Positions 9,796-19,040 of a DNA stretch of 64,000 nucleotides are shown here, in pieces (the first letter of the stretch is position 1; each line of letters begins with the position of its first letter). The DNA comes from an uncultured delta proteobacterium. Lineage in GTDB: Bacteria; Desulfobacterota; Binatia; UBA9968. Location: the NCBI GenBank assembly GCA_963816145.1, contig CAWFJP010000012.1, forward strand, positions 32,001-96,000, in the 5' to 3' direction. The notes under the pieces were generated by a model, which saw only the letters and a list, made by a program, of their open reading frames with translations, ran no database searches and was not told the origin of the DNA. The translations under genes were made by a program, and so were the position numbers.

Positions 9796-10823
9796 ATGGC
9801 GGAGCCTACGAAAGAGGACATTTCACCCCGTCCGCTGATGCGCATACTCGGCGATTTCGCCAACAGTCAAATTCTGGACGCGGCGCTGGAATACGATTTT
9901 TTCACGCTGATCAGCAAAGGTTTTAATAGCGCCGAAGCGGTGGCGCGCGAGGCCGGCACCGATGCGCGGGCCACGCGCATCGTGCTCGACAGCTTACCGG
10001 CATTGTCCTTGATCGAAAAACGCGACGGCAAGTATTTCCTTACGCCATCGGCGCAGGCCTTTCTGGTCAAGGGCAAGCCTTCCTATTGCGGCGATTTCCG
10101 CCATGTCGCCTTAGCGCTGTGGGACGGCATGGCTCATCTCAAAGAATCGCTCAAGACCGGCAAACCGCTGAGTCGTATGGATACCCATGCCGAGCTGCAG
10201 GTGTGGGAAAAACTCGTGCTCGGCATCATCGTGATTGCCGAGCCGGCGGCCAAGGCGCTGTGCGATATTCTAAAAATCGGCAGCGAGCGCAAAGGGCTGC
10301 GCGTGCTCGACATCGCCGGCGGTTCGAGCATCTTCGGCATGACCATCGTGACGCGCGACCCAACGGCGCAGGTCACCCAGCTCGACTGGCCCAACGTCAA
10401 CGCGGTGGCGAGGAAGGCCAACAAGGAGCGCGGCCTTGAAGGCAAGATTCGCTTCATCGACGGCGAGCATCACACGGCCGACATCGAATCGAATCACTAT
10501 GATTTGGTTCTCGCCAGTAATTTCTGCCGCTTCGAATCGCCCAAACGCAATCAAGAACTGTTCGCCAAAGCGTTTTCCGCTTTGAAGCCGGGCGGTATCT
10601 TCGTTGTTAATGATTTCGTGCCCAACGAAGAACGCACCGAGCCGACCTTCGCGTTGCGCTTTTCCGTTTACACGCTGACGCACACGCCGGAGGGCGAGTG
10701 CTGGACCTTATCGCAATATTCCGATTGGTTGAAAGAAAGCGGGTTTCGCTTCGATCACGATCTCACGGCGATATTCCCAAGACGCTTCCGGGGACCACGC
10801 TGATTCTGGCGACGAAAAGTTAA
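9796..10823 (+). CDS. SAM-dependent methyltransferase (Methyltransf_2 with dimerisation domain); C-terminus probably frameshifted
   Basis: Winged-helix dimerisation N-terminus, VLDIAGGS, QLDWPNV, LKPGG. Called ORF ends at 10803. Removing two single bases near 10745-10763 gives a family-like end GFASITIHGDIPKTLPGTTLILATKS* at 10823. Confidence 0.85.
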
Positions 10824-11017
10824 AAGAACTTAGCCGCACCCTTCGACTGCTCTCAGGGGCGATCCGAATGCAGAGTAGACAAATTCTCGTAGGATCGGTT
10901 GAGTTCCGAGGAATCCGAACGCTGGCGCTTTCGCACTGGAGCGCGGCAGCGCGCAGATTAACTGCGCCCCGACAAAGTCGGTTGCCATTGCCGGGATGAA
11001 ACCGCGGCTGGCAGTTT

Positions 11018-11926
11018 CTAGAAGAATTTCTTGCCGCCGCTTTCCCAGCGGGTGAGACCTTTGCCTTGTTCTTTGCGGGCGGCGATGATGCGGCGCCATT
11101 TTTCTTCGTCGTCGAGCAGTTCTTCCTTCTGATTCGGCGCGTGGGCGGTGATTTGTAAACGATTATTGTCGGGATCGAAAAGATAGATGCTGCGTTCGCC
11201 TTCGGGTCTTAGCCCATCATCAGCGCGCTTGTCGCCCTGACTCTTGCCGCCGTAGCGTTCGACCAGCGCGACCATGGAATCGAAATCTTCCTGCGGTACA
11301 TTCATCGCCATATGACAGCCGCGGCCGTGTTTCTTGCTGCGCTCGGATAGTTCCGCGACTTCTACGAGACCGATCATCTGACCGTTGCGCGTTGGGATCA
11401 ACATCTCATCGCCAAACGCGATTGGCACAGCCGTGCCGAGCACTTCGGAGTAAAAGGTTAGCGCCTTTTTCATGTTGCAAGTTTCGAATACCGTGTGGCT
11501 GATACATTCGTCGAGAGGCTCGACGCTGCGCACGCAGAATTCAAGATGATTGCCGTCGGGATCGTCGAAATAGATCGAGCGGCTAATCGCCGCTTCGGGC
11601 GAATGTCGGACTGGGCCTTTGAACAGGTGTTTCGCCAAAAGTAGATTCTGTTCAACCTGGTCGAACTGCTCGCTGGTGACGCTGATTCCGATGCGCGGGC
11701 CGGCGCTGGCAGACGGCCCAGCGTTGATGCCCGGCAGGTGTAGGCCGATTATGTTTCCCCCGGCGAGCACATAGGTTTGGCGCGGAGCGCCGTCGGGGTT
11801 AAGCCGGGTGGTTTTGAACTTCAGTCCCAAGGTATTGATATAAAAATTTTGATTGACCTCCAAATCGCGCACCGGGATCGCGATGTGATCGATGGTTTCG
11901 ACGCCGTAACGAATTTCTGCGACCAT
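11018..11926 (-). CDS. Two-domain VOC (glyoxalase/bleomycin resistance) protein
   Basis: IDHIAIPVRDL...YFDDPDGNHLE and ISHTVF...YLFDPDNNRLQ. GGAGG RBS. Confidence 0.85.
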   Translation of the reverse strand: MVAEIRYGVETIDHIAIPVRDLEVNQNFYINTLGLKFKTTRLNPDGAPRQTYVLAGGNIIGLHLPGINAGPSASAGPRIGISVTSEQFDQVEQNLLLAKHLFKGPVRHSPEAAISRSIYFDDPDGNHLEFCVRSVEPLDECISHTVFETCNMKKALTFYSEVLGTAVPIAFGDEMLIPTRNGQMIGLVEVAELSERSKKHGRGCHMAMNVPQEDFDSMVALVERYGGKSQGDKRADDGLRPEGERSIYLFDPDNNRLQITAHAPNQKEELLDDEEKWRRIIAARKEQGKGLTRWESGGKKFF

Positions 11927-12036
11927 TCAACTTACCTCCGACACTGCAGCCCAATTTTTCCGAGAAAACTAACTCTATTAACTCCACAGCGTCAACCCTG
12001 GGGGCAAATTTTTTCTTGCCGCTGGGCGCAAACCGT

Positions 12037-13282
12037 TTAGCCAATTTCCGGAAACGTAAACTGCCTTTTGCCCAGCCGCCGCGCGCCGTTTTTCTCAATC
12101 ACCACGGTGTCACCGCAGCGGATCGAGTCGGGGGCATCGCCGGGCATGGCGCCGGGCTTGAGCACGAAGACATTACCTTCGAGCAGTGGCAAATCTAAGT
12201 GTTGAGTATAGGTCGCGCTGGTGTACATATCGCCGGCGACTTCGCCGGTAATCTGTGGCCGGTCTTCGCCGATACCGCGGCCGTGAAGCAACATGCCTTT
12301 GGGAATGAAACCGGCTTCGCGGACGAGCTTCTGGTAAAACTCGACTACGGCGCGATAGGAGACGCCGGGTTGCATGAACTGCACCAGTTCGTTAAACACG
12401 TTGACGCTGGCCTCGAAGGCGCGCTGTCAGATCGATGGGAATCTTACCCAAGCATGCGGCTTGCACGGTCTGAGAAATATAGCCGCCGTACTTCGCTTCC
12501 AATTCCGTGTTGATCATGTCGCCGGCTTGCAGCGGCCGATGGGGCGCGATGCGGCAGGCCCAAGGCACTCCGGCACCGGCGCCCCAGTGGGTCATCGATG
12601 GATAATCGCCGCCATTGGCAATGATCGTCTGCCAGATCGTCGCGACCATGTCGTTTTCCATGACGCCGGGGCGCGCTTTGGCGAGGATCGCGGCAACCAC
12701 TTTGTCGAGGATCTCCGCGGCGCGTTCCATCCAGGCGATTTCTTCGGCGCCTTTGATCGAGCGGGCGTCCTGTAATAGTTCGGTGGCGTTTTCAAAGTTG
12801 GCGTCGGGAAACGCGCGGCGCACGCTGTCGAGCATACCGCTGACCACGGTGCCTTCGGGTGCGCGTAAGAGGCCGCTCAGGCCGCTGACGCCGATTCGCC
12901 CGCGGTCCAACTTCAACTCTTTCATGCGCGCGATCATCGGTGGGCTCCATTCGCGCCGCGACGGGCGAATGTCAGTGGTCCAATCCTGAGCGACGCGCCA
13001 CCACTCGATTTCATTGCTGCCACGGACAAAGGCGGTGGGTTCGACCGCTATGGGAAAAACGACGGCAACTTCGGTTTGATGGCCGCCAATGTGGGTGAGG
13101 TAACGAATGTCGGCTTGGAACTGATCCCAATGGCTCTGGTTGGGAAATCCGATGATGGCGTCGAGCTGCTCGCGCTCCATTAGCTCGCGTACCCGTGACC
13201 AGCGCCGCTCTCGTTCCATGACGCTGAATTTACCTAGGCCAAAGCCTCTTTCACCGCTGTTTATCATGCTTCCGGCGCTCAC
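12037..13282 (-). CDS. M24 (Xaa-Pro peptidase/creatinase) family protein, split by a frameshift near 12427
   Basis: ORFs 12392-13282 and 12037-12399 join into creatinase-N plus pita-bread domains (RSIKGAEEI, HGRGIG, DTVVI) if one base is removed. Confidence 0.8.
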
Positions 13283-13451
13283 TTTCTTTCGATAATTCGT
13301 TATCTATAGGGCACCGACAGCCATGGATCAATGGTTTGCCTAGCTTTGACCGAATCTAGGTGCTAGAGTCCGGCCGTGCCGATGAAACGCCAAGCTGCCG
13401 ATTGCGCCGTGCAAGTCCGCCGCATCTAAGTCCCGCTCACGGGATATCCTT

Positions 13452-14858
13452 ATGCAATACCTGGCCATCTGCGAGGACGATCTGTTGTTTCAGTTCATGC
13501 GCAATGTCGCCACCGAGCAGGGCGACGTGCGCTACCTCGTGCCTAATGCAAATATCGCCCAGCGTATCAAACGGCAACGGGGTAAGGTTTGGCATGGCGA
13601 TCTGGTAAATGAAGAGACCTACAAGAAAATCAAACTGCACCATGTCGATCAGGCGGTGGTTTTTGTCCGTGACGGTGACGAACAGGATCGGGTGTGCCGC
13701 TTGTTGCGTGCCCTCGACAAAAATATCCCGATCGTTTCCTTGACATCGGAAAAAAACGGCAAAAAAACTACGAAAGAACCCGACGATCCGTTGTTGCGCC
13801 ACTTGCAGCTCGCCGATATTTTCGCCGAGTTTTGCGCAACTCAACTGCTCGACACTCTCAATATCAAGAAAGTCGAGCGCATCCGCTCGTTGTTCGACGA
13901 AGGCAAGAAGATTCACATCCTATTGCAGCATGATCCCGATCCCGACGCCATCGGCAGCGCTTTGGCGCTGCGCGAGTTGCTCGGGCGCAACCGTACGACC
14001 ACGCCGATCGTGACGTTCGGCTCCATCACCCGCCCGGAGAATTTGGCGATGATCGAGCTGTTGGAAATTCACATCGATCAGATCACCCCCGATGACTTAC
14101 ACAAAGACGGCGCACGCCTAGCCATGGTCGACGTCCAGCCGCCTTACTTTGAGCAGACCCTCGGACGGGTCGACCTGGTCGTCGACCACCATCCGAAGCG
14201 GAGCAACTTCAAGGCGCGCTTCGCCGATTTGCGCACCGCCTACGGCTCGACGGCGACGATCTTCACAGAATATCTACGTGCCGCCGGCATGGAGCCGTCG
14301 CAGCGCTTAGCCACCGCGCTGCTCTACGGCATCAAGACCGATACGTTGTTTCTCGAACGGGGCAGCAATTTGGCCGACTTGAGTGCGTTCAACTATCTTT
14401 ATCCGATCGCCAATAAGGCGATGATTGCCCGCATCGAACGACCGGCGCTGCCGCGTGAAGATCTCGAAGCGATGGGGCGGGCACTGAGCCACCTGCAAAT
14501 CGATAGCGGTGTCGCGGTGATCCACTTGGGCGAAGTCAACCGCGAAGACGTGATTCCGCAGATGGCGGAGTTTTGCTTGCAAATCGAAGGCGTTGACTGG
14601 AGCGTAGTATCCGGTTTAGTAAACAATCGCGTTGTCATCTCGGTGCGCAATGTTGGCTACGTCAAGAGCGCCGGCGAGATCATGAAAAAACTCTACGACG
14701 ATATCGGCAGCGCCGGCGGCCACCGTGCCATGGCCAAAGCCGTGGTTCCCCTCGACCGTTTCAAAGAGCGCTTCGGCGAAGTCAGCGAGAAAGTCATTCG
14801 CGAAGCGATGCTGCCGCTGATCGTCGATAAAGATCAGATCGAGCTGGAGTTGCGATAA
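13452..14858 (+). CDS. DHH/DHHA1 phosphoesterase with N-terminal TrkA-N/RCK-like domain
   Basis: HDPDPDAIGSA, VDVQ, VVDHH, GIKTDT and GGHRAMA motifs. The first 130 or so residues resemble a degenerate RCK domain (VWHGD...LKKIKL..VDQAVV). Confidence 0.85.
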   Translation: MQYLAICEDDLLFQFMRNVATEQGDVRYLVPNANIAQRIKRQRGKVWHGDLVNEETYKKIKLHHVDQAVVFVRDGDEQDRVCRLLRALDKNIPIVSLTSEKNGKKTTKEPDDPLLRHLQLADIFAEFCATQLLDTLNIKKVERIRSLFDEGKKIHILLQHDPDPDAIGSALALRELLGRNRTTTPIVTFGSITRPENLAMIELLEIHIDQITPDDLHKDGARLAMVDVQPPYFEQTLGRVDLVVDHHPKRSNFKARFADLRTAYGSTATIFTEYLRAAGMEPSQRLATALLYGIKTDTLFLERGSNLADLSAFNYLYPIANKAMIARIERPALPREDLEAMGRALSHLQIDSGVAVIHLGEVNREDVIPQMAEFCLQIEGVDWSVVSGLVNNRVVISVRNVGYVKSAGEIMKKLYDDIGSAGGHRAMAKAVVPLDRFKERFGEVSEKVIREAMLPLIVDKDQIELELR

Positions 14859-14867
14859 ACGGATTCG

Positions 14868-14941
14868 TTGGAGTGATGGAGTGGTGGAGTAATGGGTTAT
14901 CCGCAGCCCACCACTCCAATGCTCCAGCACTCCATTACTCC
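14868..14941. repeat. Inverted 8-nt periodic repeat (GGAGTRRT)n
   Basis: GGAGTGAT GGAGTGGT GGAGTAAT GGG ... CCCACCACTCCAATGCTCCAGCACTCCATTACTCC. Relative at about 51087-51159. Confidence 0.75.
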
Positions 14942-14964
14942 GCTGCCATTCGTACCGCCGCCAA

Positions 14965-14994
14965 TTGACAAGCCAACCCGCGCCGCGATAGGTT
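14965..14994 (+). promoter_or_regulatory. Putative sigma70 promoter of the cupin-VOC-TcuA operon
   Basis: TTGACA, 18-bp spacer, TAGGTT. AGGAGG RBS before 15029. Confidence 0.5.
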
Positions 14995-15028
14995 CGGTCG
15001 CACCGGCAACCCGGTTCAGGAGGGCGTT

Positions 15029-15382
15029 ATGGAATGCATTAATCTGGGTCAGAAGATCGACGAGGCGCGCGCGCAGAAGATTAAAAACAGCCATTTCTTC
15101 GGCACGGACAATTTTCGCACCTGGATGCTTTACTTCGAGCCCGGCGACGATACACCGATGCATTTTCATCAGAACCCGGAAACTTTCCTGGTGGTCCGGG
15201 GCGAGTGTTCGATCAAGGATCTCAAAGGCGGCGAGCGGGTGGTCAAAAAGGACGACATCGTGTTTTTCGCGGCCAAGGAGTACTACCAGCTAATCAACAA
15301 GGGGACCGAACCCCTGGTGTTGTTCGGCAATCGCTCCGAACCGTTCGGTATTGGCATCACCCGAGCCGAAGCAACAAAATAG
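15029..15382 (+). CDS. Cupin domain protein
   Basis: PGDDTPMHFHQNPETFLVVRG cupin motif 1; 117 aa. Confidence 0.85.
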   Translation: MECINLGQKIDEARAQKIKNSHFFGTDNFRTWMLYFEPGDDTPMHFHQNPETFLVVRGECSIKDLKGGERVVKKDDIVFFAAKEYYQLINKGTEPLVLFGNRSEPFGIGITRAEATK

Positions 15383-15418
15383 ATTTCGACAATTTCAAAC
15401 TTTTCCTAGGAGGAATAT

Positions 15419-15811
15419 ATGCCCAAACTTCGTCATCTGGCGATTAAAACGGAAGATACCGGCAAGCTTGCAACTTTCTACATGGACGTTTTCGAGATGC
15501 AGGTTTTGCACAAAGACAAACAAGAAGGCGGCGCGGTTTATTTGACCGACGGCTATTTCAATCTCGCGATCCTGCCGAACAACGAGCAACAGTCGCCCAA
15601 CGGGCTGTACCATTTCGGTTTCGAAGTGGAGAACGGCGAGAAGATCGTCGAACGGCTAAAAAAGTTCAATCCCAACAAAATGCCGAAACAGCGCCCCAAT
15701 GGCCGGCCCTATGCCGAGACGCGCACTTCGGATATCGACGGCAACTATTTCGATATTTCCGAGCATGGCTTTCAAGTCGTCCAACCGGTGGGCGGCAAGG
15801 AAGAGAATTAA
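15419..15811 (+). CDS. VOC family protein (tandem copy 1)
   Basis: LRHLAI, GLYHFGFEVE, DIDGNYFDISE. AGGAGG RBS. Confidence 0.88.
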   Translation: MPKLRHLAIKTEDTGKLATFYMDVFEMQVLHKDKQEGGAVYLTDGYFNLAILPNNEQQSPNGLYHFGFEVENGEKIVERLKKFNPNKMPKQRPNGRPYAETRTSDIDGNYFDISEHGFQVVQPVGGKEEN

Positions 15812-15846
15812 CAGTCTCCCAGAATTTTCAAGGCAAGGAGGACAAT

Positions 15847-16239
15847 ATGCCTAAGATCAAACATTTGGCTATTCGCACGGAAGATACCGGCAAGCTCGCG
15901 ACCTTTTACATGGACGTCTTCGAGATGCAGATGTTACACAAGGAAAAAAACGAAGGCGGCGCGATTTTCCTCACCGACGGGTATTTCAATCTAGCGATCC
16001 TGCCCAATCATGAACAGAACGCGCCCAACGGTCTGTACCATTTCGGCTTCGAAGTGGAGAGCGGCGAGAAGATCGTCGACCGAATGAAAAAGGTCAACCC
16101 CAACAAATTGCCGAAAGGCCGTCCCAACGGCCGTCCCTACGCCGAGACCCGCGGCTCCGATCCCGATGGCAATTATTTCGACATCTCCGAGCATGGCTTT
16201 CAAAATGTCGTGCCGCTGGGCGAGAAAAAGAGTGACTAG
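15847..16239 (+). CDS. VOC family protein (tandem copy 2)
   Basis: Same length (130 aa) and highly similar to 15419-15811. AGGAGG RBS. Confidence 0.88.
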   Translation: MPKIKHLAIRTEDTGKLATFYMDVFEMQMLHKEKNEGGAIFLTDGYFNLAILPNHEQNAPNGLYHFGFEVESGEKIVDRMKKVNPNKLPKGRPNGRPYAETRGSDPDGNYFDISEHGFQNVVPLGEKKSD

Positions 16240-16336
16240 TTAGCCGAAACGATAGCCGCTTCTCGTATCCTTAGATTGGGCCGGCGAGGGCGATACGGTC
16301 GCCGACCCAAGAGCGGAACAAACGGGGGTCAGCGCG

Positions 16337-17374
16337 ATGACGAGAATCACTTTGCCTCATGGCCGCCGAAGGTTGTATGGCGCGTGTGGTATGTTCGTTA
16401 TCCTCTCGCTGGTCCTTTGCCTGCCGAGTCCTTCGACCGGTCAGACTAAATCATATCTGTCCTCCAGCGTGACCAGCGAAAGCATGACTCATGTCTGGGT
16501 GGCGCGCGAACGCGGCTTGTTCAAAAAATATGGCGTCGACATGCAGTTCATACTCATGCCGCGCAATCCCTTGGCCATCGCGGCTTTGCTTGCGGGTGAA
16601 ATTGACGCGGCGATCATCGGTCCCGGCCATCTCGTCAACGCTGGTCTGAGCGGCGCGGAGCTCGCCGGCATCGCCAACTTCAATCAGAAACTAGATTTTC
16701 GCCTTAACACGCGCCCCGACATCAAGAAGCCGGAGGACCTTCGTGGTAAACGGATCGCGGTTAGCGGTCCAGGATCAACGTCGCATCTGGTGTCGATGTT
16801 GGCGCTTCAAGGACTCAATCTCGACCCCGTTCAAGCGAAAATTTCTTTTCTGACGATACCGGGGACTGAAATGAACCGGCGCTTGGCCCTTGAGAGCGGC
16901 AGTGTCGATGCCACCACGCTAAGAGGCGCGATGGGCGAGGTCTACGCCAACAAAGGTTATACCTTGCTTTATAACTTGAAGTCCGCCGGCGTGACCCTGC
17001 CGCAGAACATGATGGTGACGACGCGGCGCGCGGCGGCGACAAAGCCGCAGGTGATCGAAGGCCATTTGAAAGCCACCATCGAGGCGATCGCGATGATTAA
17101 CGATCCGGCGAATAAGGAACTCGTGAACCGGCTCTTGGCAACTAACCTGCGTTTGAGCAATCCGGCCGATATCGAGGAATCCTATCAAGCCGTGGTCACC
17201 AACTATGAGCGCGCGCCGCACACCAGCGTGGAGGGAATGAAGCGGCTGCAAAAACTCTTAATCCAGCTCAACCCCAAGATCGCCGACGTGCGCGTCGAGA
17301 CGCTTCTCGACAACTCGTTCATGAACAAGCTCGAAAGTTCCGGGTTCATTCAGGGCTTGTATAAAAAGAATTGA
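16337..17374 (+). CDS. ABC transporter substrate-binding protein, NMT1/SsuA-like
   Basis: Signal peptide, GLFKKYGVD, ALLAGEID, DLRGKRIAVSGPGS, ALESGSVDA. Confidence 0.88.
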   Translation: MTRITLPHGRRRLYGACGMFVILSLVLCLPSPSTGQTKSYLSSSVTSESMTHVWVARERGLFKKYGVDMQFILMPRNPLAIAALLAGEIDAAIIGPGHLVNAGLSGAELAGIANFNQKLDFRLNTRPDIKKPEDLRGKRIAVSGPGSTSHLVSMLALQGLNLDPVQAKISFLTIPGTEMNRRLALESGSVDATTLRGAMGEVYANKGYTLLYNLKSAGVTLPQNMMVTTRRAAATKPQVIEGHLKATIEAIAMINDPANKELVNRLLATNLRLSNPADIEESYQAVVTNYERAPHTSVEGMKRLQKLLIQLNPKIADVRVETLLDNSFMNKLESSGFIQGLYKKN

Positions 17375-17423
17375 TAATTCACTCGCTATAATAATTGTCA
17401 TTGAAGATGGAGAATTTTGCACC

Positions 17424-18891
17424 GTGAGAACGGAAAACATTCCCGTGGTGGTTGTTGGCGGCGGCAGTGCCGCCTTTGAAGCGGCGGTGGCGGCCAAGCA
17501 AGCCGGCGCGCCGAAAGTCGTGATGTTGGAGAAAGCGCCGGAGCCGGAGTTTGGCGGCAACGCGCGCTATTCGCACACCGGCTTTCGCTGGGTGTTTTCC
17601 GGCGCCGACGAGATCCGCCAATTTTTGCCGGATGTCGACGACGCGATGTTTGCGAAACTTAACTTGCCGGCCTATTCCGCGGAACTCTTTTACGGCGATT
17701 TGCAGCGGGTCACGCGCGGCCGCATCAGCAAGGAACTTTCTGAAGTGCTTGTGTCGCAGTCCAACTCGGCCATGCATTGGTTGCGCGACTTGGGCATCAA
17801 GTGGGAGATCGATAGCCACGTGGTGATCGACGGCCGCTATTATTTCGAGCCGGGATTGGTCATTCATCCCACCGGCGGCGTCGGCGGTGGCCTGGGACAG
17901 CTCATGCAATGGCGCGAGATCGCCACCAAGTTGGGCGTCGAGCTGCGCTACGAGTCGCGGGTGACGGCACTGCTCGGCAACGACCGGCGGATCAATGGTG
18001 TGCGTGTTTCCGATCCCAACGAGGAATATGAGATTCAAACTCATTCGTTGATCCTCTGCGCCGGCGGCTTTCAGGCGAGCGCCGAGATGCGGGCGCGCTA
18101 TCTCGGCCCTAACGCCGACTTGATGCGCGTGCGCGGCAGCAAGCATGACACCGGCGAAGTATTGATGATGGCCGTCGCCATGGGAGCAAAAACCGCGGGC
18201 CACTGGCAGGGCGCGCACGCGACACCGATCGATTCGACCTATCCCGAGGTCGAGATCGGCAGCAAAGCCAATCGCTACGGCTACCCCTACAGCATCACCG
18301 TGAATACTTTGGGCCAGCGTTTCTTCGACGAGGGCGAAGCGCGCCATTCATACACCTATGCTAAGACGGGCTGGGCCGTATTGGGGCAGCCGGGCGCTTT
18401 GGCTTATCAGATTTACGATCAGACGACGATTCCGCTGCTCGGCAACCGTTACGAATTTTCTACGCCCATCGAAGCCGACTCGATCGAAGAGCTGGCCGGC
18501 AAGATCGGCATCGACCCGACGATCCTCAATCACACGGTGCGCGAATTCAACGCTGCGGCACGCAAGGATATCGCTTTCGATCCGAAAATCCTCGACGGCA
18601 AATGCACCGAAGGCATCACGCCGAAAAAATCCAATTGGGCGAGTCCGATCGACAAGGCCGCCCTATTGGGCTTATTCGATCACCGGCGGCGTGACCTTCA
18701 CTTTCGGCGGCTTGCAGATCAACACACAAGCGCAGGTGTTGAACACATCGAACAATCCGATCCGCGGCCTGTTTGCCTCCGGTGATATCGTCGGGCTATT
18801 TTTCCACAATTATCCGTCGTGCACAGGGCAGACGCGCAATGTCGTGTTCTCGCGCCTGGCGGGACGAAACGCGGCGGCGCAGGGGCTGTAG
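17424..18891 (+). CDS. tcuA: FAD-dependent tricarballylate dehydrogenase-like flavoprotein (copy 1), frameshift near 18657
   Basis: VVVGGGSAA, GGNARYS, CAGGFQAS, RFFDEG. Removing one G in GACAAGGCCG restores GGVTFTFGGL...AAAQGL*, collinear with copy 2. Confidence 0.75.
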
Positions 18892-18960
18892 GCGAGTCAC
18901 CGTGGTCGGCGAATTACAGATTGCCAATTCCAGATTGCAAAATTTATGGATCGTTGACTT

Positions 18961-18992
18961 GATGGGTATCGCTTCGCTCCACCCATCCTACG
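18961..18992 (-). repeat. GTAG-type REP palindrome
   Basis: Minus strand reads CGTAGGATGGGTGGAGCGAAGCGATACCCATC. Degenerate relatives near 10889-10975, 55632-55655 and 57004-57027. Confidence 0.6.
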
Positions 18993-19040
18993 CAGGTAAA
19001 TTCACATTAAACAGTTGGTCCGTCCGGATGGAGGAATATC

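Noticed and set aside
5028-10823. Bacteriochlorophyll genes bchE/bchU
   Set aside because: Only family-level resemblance, with no other bch or photosynthesis genes in the window. Kept as one hypothesis; no gene symbols assigned.
18640-18670. Programmed ribosomal frameshift in TcuA copy 1
   Set aside because: No slippery heptamer is present, and the intact paralogue shows a simple one-base insertion.
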